Positions 61,287 to 64,000 of a stretch of 64,000 nucleotides of DNA are shown here, piece by piece. Source of the DNA: an uncultured Gemmatimonadaceae bacterium (GTDB taxonomy: Bacteria > Gemmatimonadota > Gemmatimonadetes > Gemmatimonadales > Gemmatimonadaceae); the NCBI GenBank assembly GCA_963790305.1, contig CAWBOC010000005.1, forward strand, positions 512,001 to 576,000. Direction: 5' to 3'. A program made the translations under genes and the position numbers. Below the pieces are notes generated by a model. The model did no database searches, was not told the DNA's origin, and worked only from the letters and a program-made list of their open reading frames with translations. Each line of letters starts with the position of its first letter. The stretch's first letter is position 1.

Positions 61287-61357
61287 GAAGCAATGCTTAA
61301 CAGCACATGAAGCACTGTCAAGTAGATCGCAATGCCGGAAAATGGTTGATTGGTGAC

Positions 61358-61858
61358 ATGCGACTTCACCTGATCATCGCCGCGGCGCTTGCGTCTCACG
61401 GCCTCACTGCATTGACTGGCCACGCGCAGCAACAGGAGCGACCTCCAGTGAACATCACTCGTGCGGGCTCATTGCCCTCGAACAAGGGACCGGCCGACTG
61501 GTTCACCGGCACAGTCCGCATCGACCCGCTCTTTACCGCGCCCGCGCCTGCGCGCGCCGCTGGCGCTACCGTCACCTTCGAACCGGGCGCTCGCACGGCG
61601 TGGCACACGCACCCGCTAGGGCAGACGCTCATCGTCGTCTCTGGCCTCGGCCGCGTGCAGCGCGAGGGCGGCCCGGTCGAAGAGATCCGGCCCGGCGACG
61701 TCGTGGAGATTCCGCCCGGCGTCAAACACTGGCACGGCGCATCGCCAAGGACGGCGATGGCGCACATCGCGATTCAGGAAGCGCTCGACGGGAAGGTGGT
61801 CGAGTGGCTCGAGCACGTCACCGACACCCAATACGCGGCGCCGCCGCGTGAACGCTGA
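61358..61858 (+). CDS. Cupin domain protein with signal peptide
   Basis: [30 protein letters not shown]. Confidence 0.9.
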   Translation: MRLHLIIAAALASHGLTALTGHAQQQERPPVNITRAGSLPSNKGPADWFTGTVRIDPLFTAPAPARAAGATVTFEPGARTAWHTHPLGQTLIVVSGLGRVQREGGPVEEIRPGDVVEIPPGVKHWHGASPRTAMAHIAIQEALDGKVVEWLEHVTDTQYAAPPRER

Positions 61859-61868
61859 GGCCAACGCC

Positions 61869-63020
61869 ATGACAACGAAAACGATCCTTTTCACGACACT
61901 GCTGCTCGGAGCTATCGTGGGTACCGCAACGGCATATCGAACCCTCGCGGACACCCAGAGGAACGAGACATCCCCGCGAAGCGCGAACGCAAACGGAGGC
62001 GATATGCAACTGACGAAAGAATGGGACAAGACATTTCAGAAAAGCGACAAGGTCGATCACCAGAAGGTGACGTTCACGAACCGCTACGGCATCACCCTGG
62101 TAGCCGACCTGTATCTCCCGAAAAATCGTGGCAGCCAGCGGATGGCAGCACTCGCCATCAGCGGTCCGTTTGGCGCCGTGAAAGAGCAATCCTCCGGCTT
62201 GTACGCACAAACGATGGCCGAGCGTGGCTACATCACGCTTGCGTTCGATCCGTCTCATACAGGAGAAAGCGGTGGAGCGCCTCGCAACCTGGCGTCTCCG
62301 GACATCAACACGGAAGACTTCAGCGCCGCCGTGGATTATCTCGGCCTGGTGCCGTCGGTCGATCGTGAGCGAATCGGCATCATCGGCATTTGCGGCTTCG
62401 CGGGCATGGGCCTGAATGCGGCTGCCGTCGATAAGCGCATCAAGGCTGTCGTCACCACAAGCATGTACGACATGTCTCGAGTGATGGCCAGAGGATATTT
62501 CGATGCCCTGACGAGGGAGCAGCGCACGCAGATGCTGGAACAGTTGAGCCAGCAGCGCTGGGCTGACGCCGAAAGGGGGTCTCCGACCCCGGGCTCGCGG
62601 ATTCTCCCCGAGAGTCTCGAGGGCATCACCAATCCGGTCATTCGAATGTACTTCGACTACTACCGCACGCCTCGCGGCTTCCACAAACGCTCGCCAAACT
62701 CGAATGGAGCCTGGACCGCAACCACGCCAATGTCGTTCATGAACCTGCCGTTGCTGACCTACATCGATGAAATCTCGCCGCGTCCCATCCTGCTCATCGC
62801 GGGTGAAAATGCGCACTCACGTTACTTCAGCGAAGACGCATACAAGGCCGCCGCGCAGCCCAAGGAGCTGGTGATCATCGACAATGCCGACCACGTCGAT
62901 CTATACGATCGCACGGACAAAATCCCCTTCGACAGGATTACCGAGTTCTTCAACAAGAACCTGATGGTTCGGGAAGCCAGAGTATCTGTGGAGGAAGGCG
63001 AGCTTGCTGCTCGTCTCTAG
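61869..63020 (+). CDS. Alpha/beta hydrolase (YcjY-like, Cys nucleophile)
   Basis: GPFGAVKEQ, FDPSHTGES, GICGFAG, HVDLYD; alternative start at 62004. Confidence 0.9.
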   Translation: MTTKTILFTTLLLGAIVGTATAYRTLADTQRNETSPRSANANGGDMQLTKEWDKTFQKSDKVDHQKVTFTNRYGITLVADLYLPKNRGSQRMAALAISGPFGAVKEQSSGLYAQTMAERGYITLAFDPSHTGESGGAPRNLASPDINTEDFSAAVDYLGLVPSVDRERIGIIGICGFAGMGLNAAAVDKRIKAVVTTSMYDMSRVMARGYFDALTREQRTQMLEQLSQQRWADAERGSPTPGSRILPESLEGITNPVIRMYFDYYRTPRGFHKRSPNSNGAWTATTPMSFMNLPLLTYIDEISPRPILLIAGENAHSRYFSEDAYKAAAQPKELVIIDNADHVDLYDRTDKIPFDRITEFFNKNLMVREARVSVEEGELAARL

Positions 63021-63410
63021 ATGGCGGTGAGAATTCTCCTGGAGGTCGAGGGCGGGGCACTCACCGTCACCCTCCCGGATACGGCAGTAGCGCGGGATTT
63101 CGCCGCGCTACTGCCGCTCGATCTTTCGCTCGACGACTACGCGGCCACGGAAAAAATCGCGCACCTGCCGAGGAAGCTCACGACGGCCGGAGCGCCCCCG
63201 GGCACGGCCGCTGCGGCTGGCGACATCGCCTACTACGCCCCGTGGGGAAACTTGGCCCTGTTCTATCGAGATTCCGGCTACGCGGATGGACTCGTCAGGC
63301 TCGGCCGCCTGGATGACCGCGATGCTGTCGATGCGCTCCGCAGGCCAGGGCCGCTTCGCGCCAGGATCGAGCTGGTGCAGGCCCCACCAGAGCGGACAGA
63401 GGATACCTAA
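63021..63410 (+). CDS. Cyclophilin-like fold protein
   Basis: ARDFAALLPL, DYAATEKI, GDIAYYAPWGNLALFY. Confidence 0.88.
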   Translation: MAVRILLEVEGGALTVTLPDTAVARDFAALLPLDLSLDDYAATEKIAHLPRKLTTAGAPPGTAAAAGDIAYYAPWGNLALFYRDSGYADGLVRLGRLDDRDAVDALRRPGPLRARIELVQAPPERTEDT

Positions 63411-63413
63411 CGC

Positions 63414-64000
63414 ATGTCAACGACCTCACAGCGACCGCGCGTCGTCTGCCACATGATGGCGTCGGTGGATGGACGCATCGTCACCGACGACTGGCCCCTC
63501 TCCGCCGCCGAGTTGCGACAGTACGAAGAGGTGCACGAGACGTATGGGGCGGACGCGTGGATCGTCGGCAGGGTGACGATGGAGCAGCATTTCGCGGCGG
63601 GGGCGCGCAGTCCGGCGGATATCGCGCAGCAGTACAGTGGTTCGCCGCGCGAAGACTTCATCGCACCTGGCGAGCACGAATCGTTCGCGATCGCGGTCGA
63701 TCCGAGCGGCCGTCTCGTGTGGGATTCGGGTGGGATCGACGGCGATCACATTGTCGCGATGCTGACCGAGCGCGTGTCGGACGACTACCTCGCCTCGCTC
63801 CGCCGGCGCGGCGTCTCATATCTCCTGGCGGGGCGAGACGAGCTGGATCTCGTGCTCGGTCTCGAGAAGATCGGTGCCCGGCTCGGGGTGCGTACGCTGA
63901 TGCTGGAGGGTGGCGGGGGGATCAATGGCTCCATCCTGCGCGCGGGCCTCGTGGATGAGTTGAGTCTTCTCGTAGCGCCGGTGGCGGACGGACGCGCAGG
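63414..64000 (+). CDS. RibD C-terminal / dihydrofolate reductase family protein (3' truncated by window)
   Basis: VVCHMMASVDGRI, GRVTM, LMLEGGGGINGS..AGLVDELS. Confidence 0.88.
   Translation, partial: MSTTSQRPRVVCHMMASVDGRIVTDDWPLSAAELRQYEEVHETYGADAWIVGRVTMEQHFAAGARSPADIAQQYSGSPREDFIAPGEHESFAIAVDPSGRLVWDSGGIDGDHIVAMLTERVSDDYLASLRRRGVSYLLAGRDELDLVLGLEKIGARLGVRTLMLEGGGGINGSILRAGLVDELSLLVAPVADGRA

Overview
High-GC bacterial chromosomal window. Gene content and style suggest Gemmatimonadota (inference only). It has about 60 CDS and one tRNA-Asn, and I saw no CRISPR array, transposase or prophage. Core genes are Lhr (partial), mqnD, glnA (GSI) plus a GSIII, argJ with a GNAT, rtcB, a stand-alone infA and ettA. 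Signalling genes are a GAF/PAS histidine kinase with an HD-GYP regulator, a pseudo-kinase and two MCPs. There is also a beta-glucan/sulfatase utilisation locus and a LysR-cupin-hydrolase stress cluster. Six genes each carry a single +1 insertion, most likely read errors. The most notable observations are: (1) a compact, apparently sigma54-driven proline-to-pyrrolyl-carrier cassette coupled to a hexapeptide acyltransferase instead of a PKS/NRPS; (2) a roughly 500-nt structured leader (promoter, 59-codon uORF, terminator, long-range inverted repeat) ahead of a gene run ending in rtcB; (3) a recurrent non-palindromic (C)GTTAGG(C) word that uses rare TTA/CTA codons; (4) about 15 intergenic tandem-inverted repeats with 7, 9 or 11-nt units; (5) an acidic/Gly-rich/basic disordered protein; (6) an in-frame aminoacylase/GH144 chimera. 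All counts and alignments were done by eye.
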